DNA of 64,000 nucleotides, from positions 12,134 to 76,133 of IMG/VR virus record IMGVR_UViG_3300033407_000004; one strand, given 5' to 3'. The notes beneath the pieces are model-generated. The model was not told the origin of the DNA. It saw only the letters and a program-made list of their open reading frames with translations, and searched no databases. This document shows, piece after piece, positions 18,754 through 28,312 of this stretch. The stretch is from a virus. Lineage: Duplodnaviria > Caudoviricetes. The position numbers and the translations under genes were made by a program. Positions within the stretch are counted from its first letter, which is position 1; each line of letters opens with the position of its first letter.

Positions 18754-19110
18754 TTATTTTCCCTTTCGCCGCATAGACATGGCGATTCTGCTCTCCGTGT
18801 CCGTTTTGTCGCTGGCGTAGTCGCCGTCGCCGTCACAGGACAGAGAGGTGATCTGCAGCTCGACGGACCGGTCCTTTTTGCCGCCAGACAGGTCATTGGA
18901 TCTCACAGAGATAACTTTCGCCTTCGCCATGATCTCAACTTCCTCGTCAGGCTTGTAGCTCATGACGTGTTCGAGCTTGGCTACCTGCTCTTCGCTGAGG
19001 CTGATGCGGAGGCCGTAGGGGTACGATTCCTGCTCCATCGATGCAGGAGTAGTCATATTCATGTGTTCTTTTTTTGACTTTTTCGGGAGCATCATGCTAA
19101 CCATCTTCAT
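18754..19110 (-). CDS. Capsid staple-like protein
   Basis: YPYGLRISL...EVEIMAKAKVISV...SVELQIT; start 19110. Confidence 0.65.
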   Translation of the reverse strand: MKMVSMMLPKKSKKEHMNMTTPASMEQESYPYGLRISLSEEQVAKLEHVMSYKPDEEVEIMAKAKVISVRSNDLSGGKKDRSVELQITSLSCDGDGDYASDKTDTESRIAMSMRRKGK

Positions 19111-19475
19111 GCGTCTTCTCCTTTCGGCTCCGGCCTGTGCCACCGTGCATCGTCGCTCATGTACCAGCCGACCGTATCCACCGTGCTTTCCCATCCTTCA
19201 GGGATGAAGTCTCCCCTGCGGAAAAGCCTCGGTTCTTCCGTCACGTGATAGCGGTAGCAGTCGGCAACGGAGTAGACGTTTGTGGCTCCGATGTTGGGCT
19301 TTTTCGGCTGTTCCTGTGTTTCAACTGCTACTTCTCCAACCGTCTCGACAACCTCATCCGATTGATTGACGGTACTGGTTACGTCTTCCGCAACCGTTTC
19401 TGTAACCGCCGCATCGGTTTCAGCGGCCTCGATTTCTGCTTTGCTTCTTCTTCCCGGTCTTCCTGGTCCTGCCAT
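19107..19475 (-). CDS. Hypothetical head-module protein
   Basis: RBS GGAGGG; 4-nt overlap with the next gene. Confidence 0.55.
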   Translation of the reverse strand: MAGPGRPGRRSKAEIEAAETDAAVTETVAEDVTSTVNQSDEVVETVGEVAVETQEQPKKPNIGATNVYSVADCYRYHVTEEPRLFRRGDFIPEGWESTVDTVGWYMSDDARWHRPEPKGEDA

Positions 19476-19493
19476 TTGCTTGCCCTCCCTTTA

Positions 19494-20021
19494 TTACGGC
19501 GTACACGTTGCCGCCGTGATTAATCCGTTGACGATAGTGAGGGATACGCTTGTCCCTTCACAGCTTCCCGTAAGTGCACCTGAAAACAGGTCTGCCGTTG
19601 TTCCCGTGCCGCCGCTTGAAGCCGCTAAGGCCGTGGTGAACGTCGTTGCCCCAGTAAACGTATTGTCCCCGCTCCATGCGTTCGTGCCTGACAGCGACGG
19701 CGCCGCAATGACTGTCGCCATGTTTGCCTGAGTCGTCATCCCGGCCTTATCGAGAAAAATATTGTAGGTGCCTTCCTCGATGTAGAATTCATACGTTCCT
19801 GTAGCACTTGCACTTGCCGGGCTTCCAAGCTGGATATTGCCAGCGGCATCGGAATAGATCGTTGCCGGCGTTCCGGTCCCGCTGATGAAGACTGATACGG
19901 CCGCTCCCTTCGCGGTAGCCCCATTTGAGGCCGTTCCTGAGTATTTGACGATTGCCGATTGCGCGGTAAACGCCATGGTCAAGACTGTGATCAATGCGAA
20001 CAAAAAGATTTTCTTTTTCAT
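19494..20021 (-). CDS. Signal-peptide-bearing particle-binding-domain protein
   Basis: MKKKIFLFALITVLTMAFTAQSA; GAAVSVFISGTGTPATIYSD...GTYEFY. Confidence 0.7.
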   Translation of the reverse strand: MKKKIFLFALITVLTMAFTAQSAIVKYSGTASNGATAKGAAVSVFISGTGTPATIYSDAAGNIQLGSPASASATGTYEFYIEEGTYNIFLDKAGMTTQANMATVIAAPSLSGTNAWSGDNTFTGATTFTTALAASSGGTGTTADLFSGALTGSCEGTSVSLTIVNGLITAATCTP

Positions 20022-21211
20022 ACCTGCCCTCCTAGTTCAACGTATGCGATTGTTCCCGCTATTTTTATTCGATTATCAAACGCCTCATCAACGGCCTTTT
20101 TCACTCCGGGCCAACTGCCGTTGTTGTAATAATCGTGAATCACCATGACTTTTCTTGTTTTTGGCAACCATGCTTTGATATCAGCCTTGCAGCCCTCGTA
20201 AGAGTGGTCGCCGTCGATGAAAACCATGTCGGCGGTGTCTTGCACCAACTTCGCCGCATCAAGGCTCGGCATCTTCATTTTCACAAGGTTCTGGTAGTGG
20301 CCTACATTTTTATCAAACTCAGCCTCAACATCCTGCGATGCGGCCAGGTCCTTGATCGTATCGGAACCCTTCCAGTGATCGACGGCAAATACGGTTCCCT
20401 TGCAGGATTCAAGCAATGCCTTCGTGCTCCGGCCCTTCCATGATCCGACCTCAACGACCGACTGTGATTTTGAGGCGAGGTCTTTGAGTAGCCCCAATTC
20501 CTCCGTGCTCATCCAGCCGTCAATTCCGCCATCCTCGGCTTTGTCGGTTACGGTTACGGGCGTGCCAATCAGCTTTTTCGCTGTCTCAAAATGATCGAGG
20601 GTAAACGTATGCTTCCCGATATGTCCCATTGAAATTGTCGGGTCAAACCAAAGTTCAAAGCCCAACTGCTTTGTGCGCCAACAAAATGCAGGATCTTCGC
20701 GGAGCATGTTAGGCTTTCCGTAGTTCAGGAAATTGAATGGCCTCCCGAGTTCTTTTTCAACTTCAGGCGTAAACGCATCCATTACTTTTCGGGATATCAG
20801 CAAAAGGCCGCAGCCGGTAGCGTCGGCCGTAAATGGTTCTTTTGGGATTTCTGTTCTGTTTTTTATGAGTCCATTGTGGGTGAAATCGTATACGAGCGGC
20901 CTGTTCGGGTAATGGCGCATCACGTAAACTCCGGACACGATGTCTTTCCCGAGTGAAGTCATGCGCTCGAATACGTTAAAATTGCAGTTGAAATTATTGT
21001 CTGAGTCCATGAAGAGCAACCAGTCTGAATCAAAGGCTTTCGCCTCATCCCAACACTGGTTTCGGGCGTCGTCTATGTAGCAGGTCTGAGGCCCGACGAG
21101 GTTAACCTTGCTCCCCGTCTGCGTAACGATCTGCATGAGCGACATGACCATTTCGGCCTTGAAATCATCACGATTTGGCACGGCGATAGTGCATCTTTTT
21201 TCTTTTGCCAA
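20018..21211 (-). CDS. GT-A glycosyltransferase fused to class I SAM methyltransferase
   Basis: TTG start with AGGA; DWLLFMDSD, TGCGLLLISR, EDPAFC; then VVEVGSWKGRST, VFIDGDHSYEG. Confidence 0.85.
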   Translation of the reverse strand: MAKEKRCTIAVPNRDDFKAEMVMSLMQIVTQTGSKVNLVGPQTCYIDDARNQCWDEAKAFDSDWLLFMDSDNNFNCNFNVFERMTSLGKDIVSGVYVMRHYPNRPLVYDFTHNGLIKNRTEIPKEPFTADATGCGLLLISRKVMDAFTPEVEKELGRPFNFLNYGKPNMLREDPAFCWRTKQLGFELWFDPTISMGHIGKHTFTLDHFETAKKLIGTPVTVTDKAEDGGIDGWMSTEELGLLKDLASKSQSVVEVGSWKGRSTKALLESCKGTVFAVDHWKGSDTIKDLAASQDVEAEFDKNVGHYQNLVKMKMPSLDAAKLVQDTADMVFIDGDHSYEGCKADIKAWLPKTRKVMVIHDYYNNGSWPGVKKAVDEAFDNRIKIAGTIAYVELGGQV

Positions 21212-21284
21212 TGGAGTCCTCTTAAGAATGCGCCCCGGCTGCCAGGAGGATAACAGCCGGAGCGCCAAGTGTTCAGCCTAAAGT

Positions 21285-21971
21285 CTAAGCCTGTGAAGTG
21301 AGCGTCTGCGTGCTGAGAAGGATCACAACACGAGAGTTGCCGTCCGTGGCGGACGACTCCACCGTGAGGAGATCCCCGATGGCCATCTGGGGAGTTACGA
21401 GAGTCGTGGAGCTCACTGCCGCCCCCGCATCCGTCCCTTTTGCGATGGTGCTCACCGTTCCGTTGGTGTTTTTGATGAGAATATTGCCTGCCGTCGCATC
21501 CAGCGCGTAAGAGACGACTGAGACAATCGTTCCGACCACCGGGCAGCCGGTTGCGTCAATGACGTTCTGCGCTGTCGTTCCGGAGGTCTCTTTGACCAGA
21601 GTAATGACATTCCTCAGACCCGCCGGGATCGGAGACGGCCAGAGGATTTCCCAGTCGGTCTTGCCCTCGTCTGATGCGATGATAAGAGACTCCCCCGGCT
21701 GGAGGTCGATGGAGGCGCGGCCCCCGATGGTGTTCCCCGTCCCTGCGGCAACTGTTCCGACCGCCGTCGCGTGGACGTTCTCGAAGCCGAGCACCTTTTT
21801 GCTGCTCGTGGTCCCCAGAAGCGTGGAGAGCACAAACAGCGTCATGGTGTACGCGCCGTTGATGTTGACTTTCTCGTCTGTGGCGAGAACCGTATAATTC
21901 TCCGCCTTGGTGGTGATCGCCCTGAAGTTCTGCGTCAGGTCAGCGAACATTGAAATACCTGATTTGCTCAT
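21285..21971 (-). CDS. Putative capsid decoration/cement protein
   Basis: Directly after coat gene; Thr/Ala/Gly-rich beta-type composition. Confidence 0.55.
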   Translation of the reverse strand: MSKSGISMFADLTQNFRAITTKAENYTVLATDEKVNINGAYTMTLFVLSTLLGTTSSKKVLGFENVHATAVGTVAAGTGNTIGGRASIDLQPGESLIIASDEGKTDWEILWPSPIPAGLRNVITLVKETSGTTAQNVIDATGCPVVGTIVSVVSYALDATAGNILIKNTNGTVSTIAKGTDAGAAVSSTTLVTPQMAIGDLLTVESSATDGNSRVVILLSTQTLTSQA

Positions 21972-22014
21972 TTTGAATATTCTCCTTTCTGGTTATTGTA
22001 AATAAATCAACTGT

Positions 22015-23259
22015 TTACCCGGTGATTCTGGCGACACAGTCACGGTACGGATCGAAGATGTTCACCCCGAACGCCATGTCCACGCGCTTGATCGTCTCGT
22101 AGTTCATGATGTCGCCGCCGGTCGAGAACGTCAGGCTGATGCCCTTGTACGAGCGTGTGATGGACTTGGTGACGCCTTCGAGGGGCGCAATCGGGACCGT
22201 CACGAGGCCGATGGAGTTCTTCCACCACGCCAGATTCTGAGCATAGGCGGTCGAGGCCGTACCGGTTGTCACCGTGACGATTGCATCATCGGGAATGCCT
22301 GTGAGATCAGCCGTGGCGCCGGTGATGTTCTTGAATGCGCCGGACGGAATGACCGGGGGATAGATGGTGACATCTCCTTCATTGCTCGACGCGGTCGCGG
22401 TGTCCTGCACGGTGAACTTGCGGAGCTGGCCCGTGCTCCTGCCAGTGACAGGGTTGACTCCGTAGACGCCCGCAACGTTGAACGTGTCACCGCGCAAAAG
22501 CGTCGTGCCCGTCGTCCAGGTGTCAAGGTGTATGATGCTCCCAACCTGCGGGACCGGGTTGTCGGTCAGGATGTTCGAGCCCGTGCTCGTCCTGCTGCCG
22601 GTCGTGTGCGAGGTGACGTAATTGGCCTCACGCACGTCAAATCCGGCTACCGGAGCGATATTGCCGGTCTTGTACTGGTCTGACAGGGTATTTGCCGGGT
22701 TGAATACGGCCACCATGCCGTTGCCGTACTTGCGGGCCGCTGACGGGTCGATGTAGCAAACCCGGTCTTGCTTCGGTGTCTCGTAGAGGCTCAGGACTTC
22801 GCGAGCCGCCAACAGAGGATCGTTGGTCGTGATGCCCGTACCTGGAGTGCCGACGTGATTGCCGGCCTTGTAGTACAGGTCGAAGATCGCCGTCTCCACG
22901 TCCGAGATCAGGGGCGCGGTTATCGGTTTGATGTTCTCATCGGCCCAGAGATCAAGCTCTTTGGCGTTGTTGAATGTTTTCTCTTCGCCGGTGATCTTGA
23001 TCGGGATGGTTGACCACCTGTCGATGGTGAACGGCGTCAGTCCGAAATTGGTACTCTGCACCGTGGAAATGACCGGGCCTGCCTGGCTCCGATACCTCGG
23101 GGGGTTCTTGATCTGGAGAGTCTTGCCGATACTCTCCTTGGTCATGGCGAACTGTGATTCATACTGGCGATTGACGTTGTTTGTAACGTCGCTGCCCTCG
23201 AACAGAAATTCGAGCATTTTATCCGCGATATATGCGGGTGTGGGTAATACGTTGGGCAT
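22015..23259 (-). CDS. Major capsid protein (P22 gp5-like)
   Basis: VNRQYESQF...IGKTLQIKNPPRY, LLRGDTFNVAGV, RVDMAFGV. Confidence 0.9.
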   Translation of the reverse strand: MPNVLPTPAYIADKMLEFLFEGSDVTNNVNRQYESQFAMTKESIGKTLQIKNPPRYRSQAGPVISTVQSTNFGLTPFTIDRWSTIPIKITGEEKTFNNAKELDLWADENIKPITAPLISDVETAIFDLYYKAGNHVGTPGTGITTNDPLLAAREVLSLYETPKQDRVCYIDPSAARKYGNGMVAVFNPANTLSDQYKTGNIAPVAGFDVREANYVTSHTTGSRTSTGSNILTDNPVPQVGSIIHLDTWTTGTTLLRGDTFNVAGVYGVNPVTGRSTGQLRKFTVQDTATASSNEGDVTIYPPVIPSGAFKNITGATADLTGIPDDAIVTVTTGTASTAYAQNLAWWKNSIGLVTVPIAPLEGVTKSITRSYKGISLTFSTGGDIMNYETIKRVDMAFGVNIFDPYRDCVARITG

Positions 23260-23279
23260 GTTATGCGTCTCCTTTCATG

Positions 23280-24359
23280 TTATGACGCTCGGGCCTTAGC
23301 CTTTCGCGCCAGTGATCGTTCAATTCTTTCTTCCGTGCTGATTTTTTCTGAGGAGTAGTATGCGTCGTCCTCAATCGGTGCTCCACCTCTTACTTCCGTG
23401 ATCGGCTCCGGCGCCCCGCTCACCCTCGGGGTCTTGCCAGTGATGATGGCGTCCAACTTCCCCATTTCCAGCACTTGTGCTGCCGAGCTAGGCTCGCCAT
23501 CGGGTGTCTTCAGGTTTGCGATTTTCTGGCTGATGTCCGGGTGGTCGCTCAAAAACTTCAGCGTGTCCGCCGATACAACCCCGTCGAAAATCGCGTCCCG
23601 CATAGGCTTGGTCAGCGAAAATTCACCTTTTGCCGCTCTGTCGCTGATTGCCGCCGCTGCCTCTTTCCCGTGTTTCTTGGCTACCGCATCCAGGACCGCA
23701 TCACGCCGCTTCACAAGCTTGTCCGTAGCCTCCTGCTGAAGCCTTTCGGCGGTCTGCTTCTCCGTCTCTCCGCGCTGCCGCTGCGCCTCTGCCGACTGCT
23801 GCTTGGCCTTTTTGCTGTCCCGAACCTCATCGCGTTGATCCAGCCATGCCTGAAAATCCTGTTGGTACAGCTTGGGATCTTCATAGTCCGAGATGTCAGG
23901 CATCGTCGGGATTTCGGTAGCCGTCTCGGCGACTTCAGCCTGCGCCGTCTTCTCAGCCTCTTTTTGCGTCAGGCCAATTTCCTTCAGAGCTTCCACGCGG
24001 CCCTTGAGGTAGGCGTTTTCCTCCCGGAGTTTTGCGGCTTCGGCCTCTTTCTCCTTGGCAGACCCTTTGGCCGCTGAGATTTTCTTGTTGATGCGCTCCT
24101 GAGACTTGGGGTCGAGCTTCTTGATGATCTCTTCAGCGTCCTGCTCAGGCTCATCATCTTTCGGGGCCTCTTTCTGCTCACCGGCCTGCCGCGCCGCTTC
24201 CAGGTCTTCGGCTGATAAGACCCCAGCTTCTTCGGCGGGCGTCTCCTTTGCTGCCGGTGCGGTCTGTTCCGCTGTTGTCTGTTCGTTGTTGTCTTCACTC
24301 TGCTGCCCGGCTTGTGAGTCGGCGGTTGCCGTACCGTCTGTCAATGTGTTTGCGTCCAT
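23280..24359 (-). CDS. Scaffolding protein
   Basis: Acidic helical protein upstream of coat; QERINK, PRVSGAPEPI. Confidence 0.75.
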   Translation of the reverse strand: MDANTLTDGTATADSQAGQQSEDNNEQTTAEQTAPAAKETPAEEAGVLSAEDLEAARQAGEQKEAPKDDEPEQDAEEIIKKLDPKSQERINKKISAAKGSAKEKEAEAAKLREENAYLKGRVEALKEIGLTQKEAEKTAQAEVAETATEIPTMPDISDYEDPKLYQQDFQAWLDQRDEVRDSKKAKQQSAEAQRQRGETEKQTAERLQQEATDKLVKRRDAVLDAVAKKHGKEAAAAISDRAAKGEFSLTKPMRDAIFDGVVSADTLKFLSDHPDISQKIANLKTPDGEPSSAAQVLEMGKLDAIITGKTPRVSGAPEPITEVRGGAPIEDDAYYSSEKISTEERIERSLARKAKARAS

Positions 24360-24413
24360 GTGGGTCTCCTTCGTGTGTTGCCCGGATTTACCCCTCCGTG
24401 GGGAATTTTGAGC

Positions 24414-24446
24414 AAAAAAAAGAGCCTAGAAATTAATCTAGGCTCT
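24414..24446 (-). terminator. Intrinsic terminator upstream of scaffold
   Basis: AGAGCCTAGA-TTAATT-TCTAGGCTCT plus T8. Confidence 0.8.
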
Positions 24447-24468
24447 CGATACGAGCGTTATGTTCGTG

Positions 24469-24563
24469 CCTTGCTTTACCCCTACAGCACCTGGTAAGCG
24501 TATAGTTTCCCCGCATATCGCGGTTCCATGGTCTTGATCCTACCGTCCGAGACGGAAGCAAGG
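24469..24563 (-). ncRNA. Candidate structured RNA (multi-branch)
   Basis: Closing stem CCTTGCT/AGCAAGG with internal hairpins CCGTC/GACGG, CCGC/GCGG and TTACC/GGTAA. Confidence 0.4.
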
Positions 24564-24591
24564 CTATTCAGTTTTCAGAGATCAGTGAAAC

Positions 24592-24624
24592 AAAAAAAGG
24601 GCACCGAAATTAATCGATGCCCTT
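24592..24624 (-). terminator. Intrinsic terminator
   Basis: AAGGGCATCGA-TTAATT-TCGGTGCCCTT plus T tract; flanked by AACTGAATA at 24646 and 24565. Confidence 0.8.
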
Positions 24625-24715
24625 GAGACGAGCTTGGTGTGGTGCTATTCAGTTGTCTGGAACTTCAAATGCTATTGCTTGCGCTTCGATGTCTTTACGA
24701 TTGAGTATCCGAACA

Positions 24716-25048
24716 TTAATACTCCTTACCTTGGGAGATTTCTTCCCACAATCCAGGGTACTTCAAGTCAATAAATCTCTTGAGCTTGCTTGACATCTCT
24801 TTGACTGTGGCCTCCAATGATGCGCTGCTCGACTCCAGTTCATCAGCAACCGGCTTCATGGCGGCTGCGAGGTTTTCGTTGGCCTCATACATTTCAGCTT
24901 GCGCAAGTGCAAATGCTACCGCTGCTTCGCGCCGCTCATCTGCGCCAGCGGGTGTATTCCGCATAGAGGCGTACTGAAACTCTATGCGCTTGTCCTCTGC
25001 GATTATTGCGAGCTTTTTGATTTTTTCTATTTGCGCTTCGTTCATCAA
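24716..25048 (-). CDS. Hypothetical coiled-coil protein
   Basis: Co-oriented ORF with RBS. Confidence 0.55.
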   Translation of the reverse strand: MMNEAQIEKIKKLAIIAEDKRIEFQYASMRNTPAGADERREAAVAFALAQAEMYEANENLAAAMKPVADELESSSASLEATVKEMSSKLKRFIDLKYPGLWEEISQGKEY

Positions 25049-25325
25049 TTCACCCCATCACTCCCAGATTATATCAAACCCGCACGAACGGTTGATGCCA
25101 TTTTCGTACCCGTCTGGAAAACCTGTTTTTGACAATGTAACGGTTCTGCCTTCCTTGGAAACCCCGCTTAAATCATATTCTGTTTTCAAAGGTAACAACA
25201 TTTCTATGATAGGCATGGAAATGTTAAACAATTCATCTTTTTCACAAAGGAATTGCTCAATTAAATCCATCCTGTCAATCGCGGTTTCTGTTTTCTTGTA
25301 AAACATTACTCTTTCCATTATAGTC

Positions 25326-25535
25326 TCAATTTGACCCATGCACCGCCGTAATCATCCGGCAAGCCCTTTTATTCTTCTTCTTGGCGTCCAACTCCAAACG
25401 CCTTACCCCTGTCTCTATGTCGCCGGTGATCGTATATACATCGCAATCGCGGTTGTAGCATCGAAGAGAATATCCCCGATCTGCCTTCCCAAGCGTCTTC
25501 CCGCACAAGCAGTAAACCGGCTTCATTTCAGGCAA
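25326..25535 (-). CDS. Mu Com-like Zn-finger protein
   Basis: CLCGKTLG...LRCYNRDC. Confidence 0.5.
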   Translation of the reverse strand: MPEMKPVYCLCGKTLGKADRGYSLRCYNRDCDVYTITGDIETGVRRLELDAKKKNKRACRMITAVHGSN

Positions 25536-25591
25536 CTTAGTATCTCCTTACTGTTTATCACAAATGTAGAAAAATGCAAGAGAAAAATGAA

Positions 25592-26224
25592 TTAATCGCA
25601 CTTCTCTGGACCGCCCTTTGCCTTGATCTCTACCTTCGCCGGGGTCTCAACTTCTGTGAGACCTAGGTGAGCAAGGAGCCTGTTGTGTTTTTCCTTCAGT
25701 TCGGAATATGTGTTTATCAATGCTGCAATTTGCACATCATGCCGTCTGTCACGTTCGGCAATCCATTGGTCGAATTTATTGCGTGTCACAAACATAATCC
25801 CTCCATTAAATCCACTCCGCCTGCTGCTGAATTTTCCACTTCAAGTCTTGTTCGTCCAACCAGAGATCGACATTACACCCCCTGCAATGCTTCCGGTACT
25901 CTTCGAGCTTCTTGCGACTCACAGTGTATGCCAACCTGACAGGTATCCCATATTGAAGCGCCACGCTTATCTGCCATGCAGTTGCGCGAGGCGGTCGCTT
26001 CATTTGGGTGGCTCCGCTGCGATCCCGCTAGCCATTCGCCTATTCAGCCGATGCAGCACGATCTTCGCGCAATAGCCGACGCTCAGTCCTGTTTTCAGCG
26101 AGACAACTGCCGCCTGCCGCGCAAGCTCCTGTGTTGCCATGCTCATTGCGCTGTCGAGATGCTTCTTATCCTTGGCTGCGATCATGAGTCCGGAGTCTTT
26201 TGGGATGGCGGCTAGTGTGCTCAT
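25592..26224 (-). CDS. Three small hypothetical genes (25592-25795, 25806-26003, 26000-26224)
   Basis: Tightly packed, co-oriented, RBS or ATGA overlaps. Confidence 0.5.
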
Positions 26225-26664
26225 TTAAAATCAAACGCCTCCACGCCGTTCCCGCATCCCGTAGAATACTTGCTGGCTATCACAACGGCCTTCCGCGCGT
26301 CGGCGCCCATTGCCAGCGCTCCCATCGCGAAATCTCTCCCGCTTCCCCATGCCATGAACGTATCCAGGACTTCGATGGCTACTGGCTGCTTCTCATAGAA
26401 GAAACACTTTCCGCTTTTAGCTACGATCAGCCGGCACCATTCGTCCTTGTCGTCTTGGAATTTCGGCCATGCTGATTTTATGGCACCATTGTGATACCAT
26501 TCGGTGAGGAGGATTCCTTCTGCCAGTCCGCCAGTACAGGCGCACACGGTCATTCCGTCCACTCCATGCTTGACCCATATCTTCTGGGCCGTCGAGATCA
26601 TGTCGGCGCACACGGAACGCCGGTCGGCTGCCAGTGTTTTACCGTCCCATACGACGACGCTCAT
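26221..26664 (-). CDS. Proteasome/HslV-like Ntn-hydrolase
   Basis: MSVVVWDGKTLAADR...GSGRDFAMGALAMGADARKAV. Confidence 0.75.
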   Translation of the reverse strand: MSVVVWDGKTLAADRRSVCADMISTAQKIWVKHGVDGMTVCACTGGLAEGILLTEWYHNGAIKSAWPKFQDDKDEWCRLIVAKSGKCFFYEKQPVAIEVLDTFMAWGSGRDFAMGALAMGADARKAVVIASKYSTGCGNGVEAFDFK

Positions 26665-27128
26665 GATTTCCCCGCAATCCCCAATATCACCTCAACGCAC
26701 TGCCTTGTGCTTGGTGTGAGGATCATGTTCCCCTTGTTCTTCTCATACCACTCCTTCGCTTCCCACTTGCCCGTAATAGCCCGTCCCGCTCCCATCCAAT
26801 CGGCTACCATTTCGAGTACGGCATTGTTCGGCATTGGTATCGGTTCGGTTGTTCCACGGTCCCACGTTATCAGCCAATATTGCCAGTGGTGTTTATTCCG
26901 CTTCTGGTGATCGTTCCATGCCCGCGTGAAAGCGCGTGACTCAACGTATTGGCTTGTCCCATCTGGAGCGTAGAATGCTCGTGCGTATGGCATCCATTCT
27001 GACGGCCTGAATTTGCTCAGGTCGTGAGTAATTGCCGCCCAGATAGGAGCGCCTATCTTTATACTGGCAACTAGCACGAACCATTTATGACGAAGAACAT
27101 ATTTTAAATAATTCCAATGGCGTTTCAT
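26661..27128 (-). CDS. DUF5662-like HD-type protein
   Basis: HDLSKF.PSEW, HQKRNKHHWQYW, EMVADW. Confidence 0.7.
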   Translation of the reverse strand: MKRHWNYLKYVLRHKWFVLVASIKIGAPIWAAITHDLSKFRPSEWMPYARAFYAPDGTSQYVESRAFTRAWNDHQKRNKHHWQYWLITWDRGTTEPIPMPNNAVLEMVADWMGAGRAITGKWEAKEWYEKNKGNMILTPSTRQCVEVILGIAGKS

Positions 27129-27276
27129 CAACAATTCCCCCACTTCCCCGCCACCCACACAAACCCGCCCCAAACAGTGATGAACTCTTCCCGCTGGATC
27201 GGAGTTCCGCACCACCAGAAATTGCTAGTGGATTCCCATCGGTCGAGGGCGCGTTGTAAATCGGCATGGTCTCCCA

Positions 27277-28312
27277 TCAACACATCATCCCTTCTCTCAA
27301 AACGTTCCCCTCCATCAGACAGCTAGGGCAACTCCTGGTCGGCACAATCACAGGCATAGACATCATGGCCTCAATGCTCTGCTCCCCGAGAAAAAATGCC
27401 ACTCGCGCTAGATTCTCAGGCGTCTTGGGAATGAACCCCATCGACTCACAGTCCAGGCACTTCATGCCAATATGCGTCTTGAGTTGCTGCGTGCATGAGG
27501 GGCAAACCTCTTCTTCCCCGCCGAACATTTCACCGCAAAGATCGCATAGCATGATAGGCTCCTTATGGCTTATCGGATACCGTTACCGAAATCCCTGTCT
27601 TTTTTATTCCGACTGTCATGACAATTATGTGCCCTGCTGATGTCAGTTCAATGTGGAACATGGCAGACATGCCGTTTATTAAAATTCGATAACAGTATTG
27701 ATACGCTTTTGGCATGGCAATATCAAACGTGTCGATTACGTTTTCACTTCGCTGATGCAGATTATTGGATAGGACGCGCATTGTTGGAGTAATGTGCTGT
27801 TCAACATATCGCTCTATAGATAGTTCGGTTTCTTTCTCAAATGGCATAGTCACACTGATATATTTACCATCACCCGTATGCTTTTGATCGTGGTGAAAGA
27901 TTATGTCTTTGCCAATTTCGTCAAACAATACACCCATAGACTCACGGGCAATGTTTTGGAGTACCTCTACTGTTAAGTCTTTTTCCAGCTTTTTCGATAC
28001 ATGATGCGGACGATTATTATTGACAGTGCCAATTTCACGCTGTTTCTTCGCATCTGCGAATCCGCGCATCTGGCAGATAGCCCTTGTTTTGAACGGCTCA
28101 ACATCTGGGATGTTACATGCAAGATGCAATATCGTTTCATCCAGGCTCAGCGGGCCGCCATCATCATATAGACTTGTCATGCCTCGATTGTACGCATGTT
28201 GGTACATCTCATGATGTTTGCTGTCAATGTTGAACATTTCGCATAGAAGGCCGTGCCAGCCTACTGTTTTAACAAACTGCCAAACTTCAGCATTGGATAC
28301 TTTGCATATCAT
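27277..28312 (-). CDS. Two hypothetical genes (27277-27552 Cys-rich; 27563-28312)
   Basis: Co-oriented; the second is coupled to the portal stop. Confidence 0.5.

Noticed and set aside
24469-24563. tRNA or hammerhead ribozyme
   Set aside because: No D/T-loop consensus and no CUGAUGA core; I found no tRNA anywhere in the window.
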